NCBI GenBank assembly: GCA_043817235.1
Contig: JBDRHA010000011.1
Span: 260,622-324,621, forward strand
Length of the DNA stretch: 64,000 nucleotides
Reading direction: 5' to 3'
From: Candidatus Shapirobacteria bacterium
GTDB lineage: Bacteria; Patescibacteriota; Microgenomatia; UBA12405; BS750m-G30
Both the position numbers and the translations under genes were made by a program. Below are positions 47,688-57,457 of the stretch, one piece after another. The notes beneath the pieces are model-generated. The model did no database searches. It saw nothing but the letters and a program-made list of their open reading frames with translations, and was not told the DNA's origin. Position 1 is the first letter of the stretch; the number at the start of each line of letters is the position of its first letter.

Positions 47688-49223
47688 ATGAAAAAGCATA
47701 AATACATAGCTGCATTAAGTAAACTAGCGATCTTGCTTGTTCCTGTTATTCTTGCTCTCTCAATCCGCGGGATTGGGGGAAATCCAACTGACGAGACGCT
47801 AAATAGTCCGGAGTTTAAGAAAAATGGACCCATGGAGCTTTCTCCGGAAAGAGGCAGGTTTGCTCTTATTTATTCACTAATCGAACATAAATCCTTTCAG
47901 TTTGAGCTGCCGATTGCTCAGTTTGCAACTCCGGATCTTGGCTACAAGGATGGTAAATATGTATCTTTGTTTTTGCCGGGGGTGTCTATTTTAAGTATCC
48001 CTGGCTACTTGCTGGGGAAGATTTTTGGCCTGGCTCAAGTGGGGACTTTTGCTACAATTTCACTCTTTGCCTTTTTTAACTTCCTTTTAATACGATCAAT
48101 TGCTATTCGTTTGGGCGCTAACCGCATGGCTGCGACCATCGGGTCCCTAATTTTTTTGTTTGCCACCCCCGCCTTCACTTACGCTGTCACTCTCTATCAA
48201 CACCATGTTTCTGTATTTTTAATTTTGGCCAGCTTATATGCCCTTATCCGTTGGGAAAATTCTTGGTCTTTATTGCTGATCTGGTTTTTAATCGCCGCAT
48301 CAATCACTATTGATTTTCCTAATCTTTTTATGATGCTCCCTGTCGGAATTTATGCATTAGGCAGAGTGATTAGCCTGCAGTCTGTTAAGGAAAAAATGAT
48401 AGTAAAAGTAAAATTGGCTAATTTATTGCCGATTTTTATTGTATTGCTGCCCTTGGCGTTTTTTGGCTGGTCAAACCTGTTATCTTATGGCAAGTTTTTC
48501 CAGCTTACGGCTAATCTTGAGACCATAAAAGCGATAAATAATAAAGGACAACCGATATTTGAAGGCAATTTAGGAAAAGAGCCAGAAACCATTGAAGATC
48601 GGCCTAGCCCTGACAATATGCCCTTTAGCTTTTTTAGAACCAGAAACATGCTGAATGGGTTTTATATTCATTTTCTTAGCCCAGACAGAGGAATAATCTA
48701 TTATGCCCCAGTAATTTTATTTGGTTTTTTTAGCTTTGTCTTTTTTTATAAGAAGTCGAAAATAATGGTTTTAATGTTTATGATCATTGCTGTTAATATT
48801 CTTTTATATTCTATGTGGGGTGATCCTTGGGGAGGGTGGGCCTTTGGGTCGCGCTATCTAGTTCCCAGCTATGCTCTTTTATCTGTTTTTATTTCTTTGG
48901 GCCTGACAAAGTTTTCGAGGAATAAAATCTTTATCCTAATCTTCTATTTGGTGGCTTGCTATTCAATATCGGTTAATACGCTTGGTGCCCTAACTTCAAG
49001 CGCTAATCCACCAAAAATAGAAGTGCTTAGTCTGGAAAAAATTTCCGGTCATCAGGAAAAATATACCTATGCAAGGAATATAGATGTCTTAAAACAGGGC
49101 AGTTTAAAGTCTTTTGTTTTTCGGTCTTTTGCAGACAACTATTTAGATGCTGTTTATTATTATTATTTTATCAGCGGGTTAATTATTTTAATAGTTGGGG
49201 CTCATCTGAAGATTTATGAATAA
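47688..49223 (+). CDS. Polytopic membrane protein, putative GT-C-like glycosyltransferase
   Basis: 511 aa with at least 12 TM helices and short loops. It sits within a run of GT-C genes. No strong catalytic motif seen. Confidence 0.4.
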   Translation: MKKHKYIAALSKLAILLVPVILALSIRGIGGNPTDETLNSPEFKKNGPMELSPERGRFALIYSLIEHKSFQFELPIAQFATPDLGYKDGKYVSLFLPGVSILSIPGYLLGKIFGLAQVGTFATISLFAFFNFLLIRSIAIRLGANRMAATIGSLIFLFATPAFTYAVTLYQHHVSVFLILASLYALIRWENSWSLLLIWFLIAASITIDFPNLFMMLPVGIYALGRVISLQSVKEKMIVKVKLANLLPIFIVLLPLAFFGWSNLLSYGKFFQLTANLETIKAINNKGQPIFEGNLGKEPETIEDRPSPDNMPFSFFRTRNMLNGFYIHFLSPDRGIIYYAPVILFGFFSFVFFYKKSKIMVLMFMIIAVNILLYSMWGDPWGGWAFGSRYLVPSYALLSVFISLGLTKFSRNKIFILIFYLVACYSISVNTLGALTSSANPPKIEVLSLEKISGHQEKYTYARNIDVLKQGSLKSFVFRSFADNYLDAVYYYYFISGLIILIVGAHLKIYE

Positions 49224-50844
49224 ACCCAGGCTGCTTTCGTTTCCTATTGCTTTTTCTATTAAAAAAAAGCGGATTAGGCGTCTGGCTAAATTCATTAAGC
49301 AAAATGCTCTTGGGCTGATAACAGCTTTTCTTTCTACTGTCGCGATTGCTTTTTTTATCATTTTTTACCAAAATGGCTTAGGCCTAGCTTACAACGACGC
49401 ACGGAGCCACTTGGATATTGGCCGGCGAGTCGTAGAAGGGCTTAATCCTGGCCTGGCTCAGCTTGGTTCTGTTTGGCTGCCCTTGCCCCATATACTGATG
49501 ATTCCTCTTGTTTGGAATGATTTTATGTGGCACTCAGGCTTAGCTGGTGCTTTAATTTCTATGATGGCTTTTGTGGGCACAGGAATTATTATTTTTCAAT
49601 ATACTAAAAAATTGGGAATTGGCTTGGCGGGGAGTTTTTTGGCAGTGGCTATTTTTGCGGCTAACCTCAACACTCTTTATCTGCAGTCAACGGCGATGAC
49701 GGAATTACTTTTGTTAGCCACCATGACTGCTGGCAGTTATTATCTAATGGTTTGGGCCAAGGAGGACAAGGTCCTTGCTTTGTTAAAAAGTGCTTTCTGG
49801 ATCATGCTCTCTACTTTGGTGCGCTATGATGGCTGGTTTTTGTTTCTTTTTGCCAGCCTGCTTATTATTTTAGTAATTTTTCGCAAGCAGGGTTATAAAA
49901 ATAGCGAGGGTATTTTAATTTTCTTTGGCAGTTTGGCGGGAATTGGCATAGTCTTTTGGTTTTTTTGGAACTTAATTATTTTCGGCGATCCTTTATACTT
50001 TGCTCTCGGGCCCTTCTCTGCACGAGCTCAGCAATCCCAACTGGAAGCGGCGGGGAATTTGCCGACTAAAGGAAATCTCCTTCTTTCTCTAAAAATATAC
50101 TTTTATGCGCTGATATATAATTCTTATGCTTTTGCCGCTTTTTTAGGACTATTTGGGGCTTTTCTTTTCTGGTTTGAAAAAAAGATTAAAATTAGAGTCA
50201 GGATTGTTTCTTCTTCTTTGGCATCTCCATTTTTGTTCAATGTTCTTGCTTTGGTTTTGGGGCACTCGGTCCTTTTTATTCAAGGAGTATCAGGAAATAC
50301 CTGGTTTAATGTGCGTTATGGCATTATGCTTCTTCCCTCTATTGCGATCTTTGCCGGCTATCTAGTAGACAAATTAAAATATTTGCGCTGGCCGGTAATT
50401 TTCTTGCTTGTTTTTACTACCTTTTTTGCCTTGGCTAATGGCGATGCGGTGACTATTGATGACGCTAGGGTTGGCTCAAGTCAAAAAAATGTGACCGAGG
50501 TCAGCGGCTGGTTAAGAGAAAATGCTGCCAATAAAGAAGGATTTATTCTTATCTCGGTTGCTTCTCATGATGCTATTATTTTCTCTTCCGGCCTCCCGAT
50601 GAAGAAGTTTATCCATGAGGGCGCAGGTGTTTATTGGCAAAGTGCAACTGCGGCTCCAGATAATTGGGCCCGCTGGATAGTAATGCGAACCCACGATCTG
50701 AATGATTCGGTTTTCAAGCTTGTAAACGAATCTCTTGGTTTCTCTAAATACGAACTGGTTGACTCCTACCCGTTTGCCGATATTTATCAGCTTAAAGATG
50801 AGCATCTTGGTCAGCTAAATACGGAGGCTATTTTTAGAAAATGA
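49216..50844 (+). CDS. GT-C fold membrane glycosyltransferase (PMT/ArnT-like) with C-terminal periplasmic domain
   Basis: First-loop motif LAYNDARSHLDIGRRVVEG. 11-13 TM helices. C-terminal soluble about 150 aa. Confidence 0.55.
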   Translation: MNKPRLLSFPIAFSIKKKRIRRLAKFIKQNALGLITAFLSTVAIAFFIIFYQNGLGLAYNDARSHLDIGRRVVEGLNPGLAQLGSVWLPLPHILMIPLVWNDFMWHSGLAGALISMMAFVGTGIIIFQYTKKLGIGLAGSFLAVAIFAANLNTLYLQSTAMTELLLLATMTAGSYYLMVWAKEDKVLALLKSAFWIMLSTLVRYDGWFLFLFASLLIILVIFRKQGYKNSEGILIFFGSLAGIGIVFWFFWNLIIFGDPLYFALGPFSARAQQSQLEAAGNLPTKGNLLLSLKIYFYALIYNSYAFAAFLGLFGAFLFWFEKKIKIRVRIVSSSLASPFLFNVLALVLGHSVLFIQGVSGNTWFNVRYGIMLLPSIAIFAGYLVDKLKYLRWPVIFLLVFTTFFALANGDAVTIDDARVGSSQKNVTEVSGWLRENAANKEGFILISVASHDAIIFSSGLPMKKFIHEGAGVYWQSATAAPDNWARWIVMRTHDLNDSVFKLVNESLGFSKYELVDSYPFADIYQLKDEHLGQLNTEAIFRK

Positions 50845-52121
50845 TTAATAAGAACAAGATGGTATTGTTAATCATTTTCGGGATAGCTTTAATTGTTTTT
50901 GGGATAAAGTTCGTTTTGGGCTCCTCTTTTGAAAACAAACCGTTGGTAAAAGAAAACAGTGGCTGGTGGCAGATTCAGTCGATTGATACGGTTAAGTATT
51001 CCCGCGATATGGCTTTGGAGAAAATAGGCGACAACTCATTTGATGAAATTATAGAATCTCAAGTGAATAATATTGCTTTAACCGGAGCGACACATATTGC
51101 GATAGGAACCCCATATGACAAGGAATTTATTTCATTTTTAGCTCGGTGGGTGAAAACTGCCAGAAGATATGATCTTAAGGTTTGGTTTCGGAGTAATTTT
51201 TCCGGGTGGGAGGAGTGGTTTGGCTATAAACGAATCAGCCGGGAAGAACACTTGAGCTTACTTAAGGCCTTCATAATAGACAATGGGAATTTATTTGAAG
51301 ACGGAGATATTTTTAGCGCTTGCGTTGAGTGTGAAAATGGTGGTCCGGGAGATCCGCGAAAAACTGGCGATGTTGCTGCTTATCGGGAATTTTTAGTTAA
51401 GGAATATACGGCAAGCACAGATGCTTTTCGAAAAATAGGTAAGAATGTAAGAGCCAATGTTTTTCCGATGAATGGGGATGTGGCAAAATTGGTAATGGAT
51501 AAAAGCACCACCCAAAAGTTAGGTGGCATAGTAACAATTGACCACTATGTGGCCGCGCCTGCAATTTTGGTGAAAGACATTGCTGATATTGCCGAGCTAA
51601 GCGGCGGCAGGGTATTTTTGGGAGAATTTGGCGTCCCTATTCCTGATATTCATGGCCAGATATCTGAAGCCGATCAAGCGGAATGGGTTGAAGAGGCTCT
51701 TGGTAAGCTGGCAGAGGTTCCGGAATTGCTTGGATTGAATTATTGGGTGAGCTACGGGGGAACAACTAGGCTATGGGAGAAAAATAATGAACCTCGGTCT
51801 GCGTTGTTTGCCTTGGTGAGGTATTTTAAGCCCAAGCTGCTGACAGGTCGAATAATAGACGAACTGGGGAGGCCTATAGCAATGGCAAAGGTAAGCCTGG
51901 GTTCTAAGTCTTATATCACTCAAAAAGAAGGCTGTTTTACTCTTGGTTATGTTTCCGATAGGGACCCCTTGATTATTGAAGCAGATGGATATAAAAGACT
52001 AATAGTTCAAGAATTTTCTTCTAAAGAAAATATTGAAGTTGCTTTAGAAAAAGAAAAAGAAACAATTTATTATAAGATCTACAAGAAACTTTATAAGCTA
52101 ATTCACAAAAACTTGCTGTAA
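50841..52121 (+). CDS. Membrane-anchored glycoside hydrolase, clan GH-A-like TIM barrel, with C-terminal CarboxypepD_reg-like beta-sandwich
   Basis: N-terminal TM. Candidate acid/base CVECENGGPGD and nucleophile VFLGEFGVP (E...E about 95 aa apart, as in GH5/GH113/GH26). The C-terminal GRIIDELGRPIAMAKVSL...GYK region is carboxypeptidase-regulatory-like. Confidence 0.45.
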   Translation: MINKNKMVLLIIFGIALIVFGIKFVLGSSFENKPLVKENSGWWQIQSIDTVKYSRDMALEKIGDNSFDEIIESQVNNIALTGATHIAIGTPYDKEFISFLARWVKTARRYDLKVWFRSNFSGWEEWFGYKRISREEHLSLLKAFIIDNGNLFEDGDIFSACVECENGGPGDPRKTGDVAAYREFLVKEYTASTDAFRKIGKNVRANVFPMNGDVAKLVMDKSTTQKLGGIVTIDHYVAAPAILVKDIADIAELSGGRVFLGEFGVPIPDIHGQISEADQAEWVEEALGKLAEVPELLGLNYWVSYGGTTRLWEKNNEPRSALFALVRYFKPKLLTGRIIDELGRPIAMAKVSLGSKSYITQKEGCFTLGYVSDRDPLIIEADGYKRLIVQEFSSKENIEVALEKEKETIYYKIYKKLYKLIHKNLL

Positions 52122-52184
52122 TAATCTTATAGTGGTATAATCTCCTCAGTTAATTTCCTGCCTCCTTTATTTTTTTCAAACTGG

Positions 52185-52640
52185 ATGAATACGCCTAATT
52201 TTTCTTCCTGCTCTAGCCCCACAGGAGACTTAAAGGTTTCCTATAAAAATGGAAGTCATGGCATAGTGGGCGATAGTGTTTCCTATGAAGGCAGCGACGC
52301 TGTCTATATTATTAATGATAACCAGCTTATTCAATGTTTTTGCTCGCCCGAGGGGACGGGGATTCAAACTGATTGGTGGAAGATTGATAGATTAACACCA
52401 GAAGAAATTGGTGGCTTGGAAAAACTCGGCTGGTTTTTCGTTCCCAGCGGCTCGGCTTGGGGCTTGGATGCTTCGCCTTATTTAGCCAAAAATAGTAATT
52501 ATGCCTGCGGACTATCTAGTTATGGTATCGGCGGACAAGTCCTTGGTTTGGCGACAACGGGTAATAGCCTGTATATTTTTGCTTTGCTTGTTTTGGGGCT
52601 TGCTTGCTTTGCCTTGAGTAAAAAATTACGCCGCTACTAA
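52185..52640 (+). CDS. Candidate sortase substrate: C-terminal LATTG motif, then hydrophobic helix, then a basic tail. No obvious N-terminal signal peptide.
   Basis: C-terminus ...QVLGLATTGNSLYIFALLVLGLACFALSKKLRRY is a tripartite cell-wall sorting signal (LAxTG variant). The N-terminus MNTPNFSSCSSPTGD is not hydrophobic. It lies immediately upstream of a sortase gene. Confidence 0.35.
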   Translation: MNTPNFSSCSSPTGDLKVSYKNGSHGIVGDSVSYEGSDAVYIINDNQLIQCFCSPEGTGIQTDWWKIDRLTPEEIGGLEKLGWFFVPSGSAWGLDASPYLAKNSNYACGLSSYGIGGQVLGLATTGNSLYIFALLVLGLACFALSKKLRRY

Positions 52641-52645
52641 CTACA

Positions 52646-53188
52646 ATGAAATTCCGACTATCAGTTTTTTTGTTTATTTTTGGGCTAGTATTTTTTATTT
52701 TTGGAGTTTATCTTTTTATTCAGCGAATAACTTCGAAGCCTCTAAATCTTAACCTGAACAGCAGTTTGCAAGACGAAAAAGATATTGGAGGCCTAGAGCC
52801 AAAATTATTACTAATAAAGGATTTGGGGATTGAACTGCCGATATTTCCTGCGCAAATAACAAAAGAAAAATGGGAAGATCCTTCGTCTTGGGGGGTTTCC
52901 TATATTTCCGCTTCCCCGGTTCCCGGAGAGCCAGGAAATAGTATTTTATACGGGCATAATTGGTCAAACCTTCTGGGCAAGCTAGTCAATATAAAACCAG
53001 GCCAAGAGCTAGAGGTGGTGTTTAACGATGAGTCTGTTCGGAGATTTAGTGTTCGAACGACTCAAATAGTAAGCACGGGAACGACAAGTATTTTAGAATC
53101 GTCCGATGATAAGAGAATCACTCTTTATACCTGCGTAGGATTTTTAGAGAAAAAGAGATTTGTGGTTACCGCTGTTCTAGTAATCTAG
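52646..53188 (+). CDS. Sortase (class E-like small sortase)
   Basis: N-terminal TM anchor. Catalytic His in NSILYGHNWSN. Cys in RITLYTCVGF (TLxTC). Arg in KKRFVVTAVL. Confidence 0.75.
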   Translation: MKFRLSVFLFIFGLVFFIFGVYLFIQRITSKPLNLNLNSSLQDEKDIGGLEPKLLLIKDLGIELPIFPAQITKEKWEDPSSWGVSYISASPVPGEPGNSILYGHNWSNLLGKLVNIKPGQELEVVFNDESVRRFSVRTTQIVSTGTTSILESSDDKRITLYTCVGFLEKKRFVVTAVLVI

Positions 53189-54220
53189 CTCCTCTCGGGT
53201 AACTACCCACGGGTCATCAAAAAGCTGAGAAGTGCCTTGGTTGCTAACTATAGACCAAGGGACAGAATCGTCACCCCAAGCCAAAAAGAAACTTATTTCT
53301 GGATAGCTATCTCTGATTTCTGCAATAAAATTAGCATAATTGAAGTTTCCGTCTGGGCAGGGCGCATTGTTACAAGATCCGCCCGGACCAAATTCGGTAA
53401 GGCCAAATGGTTTTTTAAGGGCGGCCATCTCCTCGTAGCCATTTATCTGAAGGGTGTCTCCGTATTTATCAAGGCCAACAATGTCCACATGGTTATCGCC
53501 GGGGTAATAAAAAGTGGCTGGCTTTATCCAAGACCCATCTACGCTATTGGGCGAGTAAACCCAGAGCAGATTATCTAGCTCTTTGGCATAAGTAAGGTAA
53601 TCAAACATCTGGTGCCACAAGCCAATGTAATCTTCTTGATTTTGGCAGCCCCACCAAAACCAGCAGCCATTCATTTCGTGAAGTGGCCGCCAAAGGACAA
53701 CTGCTCCGGCATCGCGAAGCTGGGTTAACCCTTTTGCAACCCAGTCAAGCTGAGAAATCCAAGCCGCATAGGCGCTTGTTCCAGGAGTCATAATCTCTTT
53801 CAGGCCAGAGCTGCTGCCGGTACGATCACTTGAGCCTTGGCCATTCCAAGGATTTTGAGCATGCCAGCTAATAGTTACCAGGCCGCCCTTTTTCCAATAA
53901 TCAATAAATACTTTATTATATTTTGAATAATCTGGGCGGGTGCCCCAATAGGCATAATCGCCGCCGATTAAACCCGGCCACTTGCCGGTAATTTTATTAA
54001 GCCCGGCTGCCTGCCGATTAAATTCCAAGGGAATTTCACTGCTATAGCCCACAAACTGTCCGGAAATAACTTTATTACTTTCTTGATTGGGCAAATTACT
54101 TATATAGTTTAAAACTTGCTTTGCTTTTAAGCTGGCGCTGGGGTTAGCCGTTTTAGCTTCGGGCACCCTTTTTTGATTACCAGGCCTGTTATTCAGCCCA
54201 AGCACTATTCCAAAAAGCAA
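53177..54220 (-). CDS. Glycoside hydrolase family 26-like (beta-mannanase/endoglycanase), secreted
   Basis: VVLWRPLHEMNGCWFWWGC matches the GH26 acid/base block (W-R-x-x-H-E-x-N). Downstream WVYSPN and LTEFG (nucleophile) blocks. Hydrophobic N-terminus. Confidence 0.7.
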   Translation of the reverse strand: MLFGIVLGLNNRPGNQKRVPEAKTANPSASLKAKQVLNYISNLPNQESNKVISGQFVGYSSEIPLEFNRQAAGLNKITGKWPGLIGGDYAYWGTRPDYSKYNKVFIDYWKKGGLVTISWHAQNPWNGQGSSDRTGSSSGLKEIMTPGTSAYAAWISQLDWVAKGLTQLRDAGAVVLWRPLHEMNGCWFWWGCQNQEDYIGLWHQMFDYLTYAKELDNLLWVYSPNSVDGSWIKPATFYYPGDNHVDIVGLDKYGDTLQINGYEEMAALKKPFGLTEFGPGGSCNNAPCPDGNFNYANFIAEIRDSYPEISFFLAWGDDSVPWSIVSNQGTSQLFDDPWVVTREELDY

Positions 54221-54339
54221 AACGAAGCTAATTATAAGAAAATAATACTTTTTAGGCGATTTTTTTATTTTGTTTATGTTTTATTTTATCAAAAAGATAG
54301 CTAGCAATTTAGGACTTGCTTTTATAGTATTATAAAAAT

Positions 54340-55122
54340 ATGGCGGAAATCGGTTCTGAGGTTTTTTCTGGTGAACTTATGCCTGACTTGTCTTCTCAAT
54401 ATAGGGTAGGGAAATATTTAGGATCAGGGACGAATGACTCTGCTTATTTGGTTAACGATAATAATCTTCAGTCTTTTGTGGCCTTAACGCCGAATCTTTA
54501 CCCTAGTCCAGAGGCAAATTGGCAAAGAACAAAACACAAGCTGGAGAAAGCAGCAGTTTTGGACAAGATGGGATTAGCTTATCATGTTGTTCACCCGATA
54601 GCCAAGGGCTTGCTGCCTTTAAGGCAAGCATCTTCTTCAACTGATATGGCGCTGGTAGTGGAATATGCGGGGGAGCCAATAGAAACTGCTCAGTCAGAAT
54701 CGGAAAAACTAGAGATTTTAAAACAAGTATGGCAAGTGACCAAAACTATACATGAAAATGGATACGCAATTAATGATTTTAAAGATGAACATTGGTTGTT
54801 TCAAAATAGCAACGGAGGCCTTCAAGTTAAATTGATTGACTATACCCAACTTAGCACAGTTTCACCCGAATCCATGGAGAGAAACAGAAACGATCATCGG
54901 AAAGGAGACATGCGAAAATTTTGGTATTTGGCTGCAAGTTTTTTTCCTTGGTTTAAGCCGGAAGCAGTCCCCACTTTTTCGACCGAAACAGCAAAGGTGA
55001 TTCAAAAAGAAATTGATCAAATGCTTGTCGATCTTGGAGAGCAAAGCCATAGGTTTACTCCGAAACAAAAAATAGCCAAGGCTTTAATTGGAAAATTGCG
55101 GACCAGGCTAAAAGGAATCTAG
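54340..55122 (+). CDS. Protein-kinase-like fold protein (atypical)
   Basis: Gly-rich loop-like YLGSGTNDSAYLV. VVEYAGEP hinge-like. INDFKDEHWLF catalytic-loop-like. KLIDYTQL in the DFG position. Canonical HRD and DFG are not conserved. Confidence 0.35.
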   Translation: MAEIGSEVFSGELMPDLSSQYRVGKYLGSGTNDSAYLVNDNNLQSFVALTPNLYPSPEANWQRTKHKLEKAAVLDKMGLAYHVVHPIAKGLLPLRQASSSTDMALVVEYAGEPIETAQSESEKLEILKQVWQVTKTIHENGYAINDFKDEHWLFQNSNGGLQVKLIDYTQLSTVSPESMERNRNDHRKGDMRKFWYLAASFFPWFKPEAVPTFSTETAKVIQKEIDQMLVDLGEQSHRFTPKQKIAKALIGKLRTRLKGI

Positions 55123-55129
55123 TCAAAGT

Positions 55130-55807
55130 TTATATCTTGAAGTCTATAGCTGTTGTGGTTAGTAAGTTCTCGCTCTCTAAATAATTGATAATTCCTTGAG
55201 CAATGCCTTGAGCGGGTATTTCTGGCCTAGAGGTTAGCAGATATCTGTCTTGAGGGTTGGTTAAAAAACCGGTTTCAATAATTGCCGCCGGAGTTAAAGG
55301 ATGGAGGGCATGTTTATATTTCCACCAAGCAAAGGCATAATAGTCCCGCATGTTTGCCGTAATATTTTTATCAAGAGGCAGAGAAGTAGTTTTAACATAA
55401 GATTCGCTAATTTTATTTATAAGCAGGCTGGCATTGCGAGTTAAGTCTTGCTGGGGGTCGGCAATTTTAAAACCTCGCACTGAAGGATTTAAATTTCCAT
55501 CCGCATGGATAGCTAAAAACACATTGGCTCGATATGATGGGGGAATGGTTGCTGGCAGAAGATCTACTTTAACCCCTTTTTCTTCTAGTATTCTGGCGAC
55601 ATTTTTGGCAATTAGCAGATTAACTTCAGCCTCGCTCCAGCCCCCGCCGCTGCTTCCGGTATTAGCAATATGTTTGCTTAATTCCTCAGGAAGCTCGTTG
55701 TTTTTCCAATGGCCAACTTGGATTCCCACCCGAGGCAAAGGGGGAAACTGCTTTGGGGCAGTAGAAATATCCATTAAAAACAGAAAGAACCAAAATAATT
55801 GGCGCAT
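55130..55807 (-). CDS. N-acetylmuramoyl-L-alanine amidase (Amidase_3 family), secreted
   Basis: VGIQVGHW...SEAEVNLLIAKNVARILEEKGVKV...FLAIHADG matches the Amidase_3 zinc ligands (H, E, H). Confidence 0.75.
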   Translation of the reverse strand: MRQLFWFFLFLMDISTAPKQFPPLPRVGIQVGHWKNNELPEELSKHIANTGSSGGGWSEAEVNLLIAKNVARILEEKGVKVDLLPATIPPSYRANVFLAIHADGNLNPSVRGFKIADPQQDLTRNASLLINKISESYVKTTSLPLDKNITANMRDYYAFAWWKYKHALHPLTPAAIIETGFLTNPQDRYLLTSRPEIPAQGIAQGIINYLESENLLTTTAIDFKI

Positions 55808-55892
55808 GAAAGGAAATTAAACCAAAATTGACAGCAATAATACAAGAAGAGAAAGGCAATGGTGTCTCTTTTGTCTTCTGTATAATTAACCA

Positions 55893-56231
55893 ATGAAAAA
55901 ATTAATTTGGACAAAGCATGCCTTGCAAAGGACAAGAGACCGGAAAATACCCCAGCAATATTTAACTAATGCTTTTTATCGGCCGGATAAAGTGATTGAG
56001 GGCAAGAAAAAGGGAAGCAAAAAGTTTATCCGCTCTTATGGTCTTCACCAGGCGGTCGTGGTGGCTAGCTCTAATGATAAAGGGGAATGGGTGGCCATTT
56101 CCGGCTGGATTAACCCGCCTATTAAGGGTAGCTTAGATGACCGGAAAAAACTTTTTGAAAAAAATTATCAAAAGTCTTCTTTTTGGGGGAAAACTTGGCT
56201 GGTTTTCAAAAAATCTATTTTGGGACGATAA
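55893..56231 (+). CDS. DUF4258-like small protein (toxin-like fold?)
   Basis: MKKLIWTKHALQRTRDRKIPQQYL... resembles the N-terminal I-x-W-T-x-HA-x-x-R-x-x-x-R-x-I pattern of the DUF4258 family. Weak. Confidence 0.3.
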   Translation: MKKLIWTKHALQRTRDRKIPQQYLTNAFYRPDKVIEGKKKGSKKFIRSYGLHQAVVVASSNDKGEWVAISGWINPPIKGSLDDRKKLFEKNYQKSSFWGKTWLVFKKSILGR

Positions 56232-56405
56232 GTCCATTTTTGCCTCGCTCAAACCAAGCTTCTCTTGCTCTGCTTTTTCCAGTTTATCTGGAGGTTCGTT
56301 TATTTTGCGAGCGGGAAAACCTCGGAGCTTGCTCCGTGGATGAAAGCTATAATCCTCGCAAAGCAAGCAAAAGAAGAAACTGCGCAAGCAAGCTGCGCAG
56401 AGGCT

Positions 56406-56549
56406 TCATTCTTTTTTTATTGCTCGTAAATTGGGCCGATAAAGGCAGCCAAACAAACAGCCATTATAAGGCTTAATCACCCAATCCGCTCCTGGCAAGC
56501 CCGACTTTGTCAAAATCGTTTTGGCCCGAAGTAAGTTAATTTTTGGCAT
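56406..56549 (-). pseudogene. Remnant of a radical-SAM SplB-like (DNA repair photolyase-like) gene. N-terminal 48 codons only.
   Basis: Minus-strand translation MPKINLLRAKTILTKSGLPGADWVIKPYNGCLFGCLYRPNLRAIKKE* parallels the family N-terminus (..S.LP..D..INPY.GC.HGC.YCYA). The CxxxCxxC cluster is degraded to two Cys and the frame terminates. Confidence 0.35.
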
Positions 56550-56793
56550 GATATAATTTTAGCATGAAAACTTTACTGCCTCGATTCGTTTTAAAATACT
56601 TTTAGGGAGATGACTTAACTCAGTTAAATTGGGAAGAGCACCAAAAATATATTCTTAAAACTTTACTTGAAAGAGGTGGCCAGCAGTCTATTTCTTGGTT
56701 ACTAAAAAAAATTGATCAAAAGAGTTTGAAAAAACAGCTAACTGCTCTCAAATTAAGTCCAAAGTCAAATAATTTTTGGCAAATTTATCTACG

Positions 56794-57359
56794 ATGAGAA
56801 AGCTTCACCCTCAAACCATTCCTGCTAAAACTAAAGATTTAATTAGCCTATTTCAAAAAGGTCAGCCTGAATTTTTAAAGAAGTTTTATCTATCTGGCGG
56901 AACTGCCTTATCCTTACAGTTTGGCCATCGAGAATCAGTCGATTTGGACTTTTTCACTCAGAGTGATTTTAATCCTCGAACACTCCAATCAAAGCTTGAG
57001 AAATATGGGCAATTAAAAGATTTGCAGTTGGGCGAAAATACGCTTAACGCTTTTTTGCGTGGTGCCCAAATCCAATTCTTAGGCTATCATTATCCCTTAT
57101 TGAAGCCGGTTGTAAACTGGAAAAATATTCCAATTAGCTCAGTCATTGATATTGCCTGTACTAAATTGCAGACGATCGGAATGAGAGGGAGCAAGAAAGG
57201 TTTTTTAGTCGTACTCATATTCTTAAATCACTAGTTTATTTTAGAGATGCCCAAAATCAGCCTATGCCCAGAATGCATAAAAAAGTAAAGTGGTCAAAAA
57301 TTAAGCAAGAAATTCTAAAAGAAATTACAAATTACACCAGAAAGCACTTTTCGCATTAG
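56794..57359 (+). pseudogene. Frameshifted AbiEii/DUF1814-like nucleotidyltransferase toxin gene, preceded by a start-less AbiEi-like fragment
   Basis: MRKLHPQTIPAKTKDL...FYLSGGTALSLQFGHRESVDLDFFTQSDF matches the AbiEii N-terminus. The frame stops at 57235. A +1 frame continues (…SRTHILKSLVYFRDAQNQPMPRMHKKVKW…HFSH*) to 57359, with the shift near a GGTTTTTT run. Upstream at 56606-56775 is an open frame with no start codon (…EEHQKYILKTLLERGGQQSISWLLKK…). Confidence 0.35.
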
Positions 57360-57457
57360 CTGCTTTACCCTCTGGCTTAACCTCGGGATATTGATGCTTT
57401 TTGCAAAACCGTTTTGTGTCCGTTGACAGACAACTTTTAATTTGTCAAATTAGATTA

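Noticed and set aside
56133-56476. Three mutually overlapping ORFs in different frames downstream of the DUF4258-like gene
   Set aside because: They have no motifs, and all overlap the decayed radical-SAM remnant region. Treated as non-coding degraded DNA.
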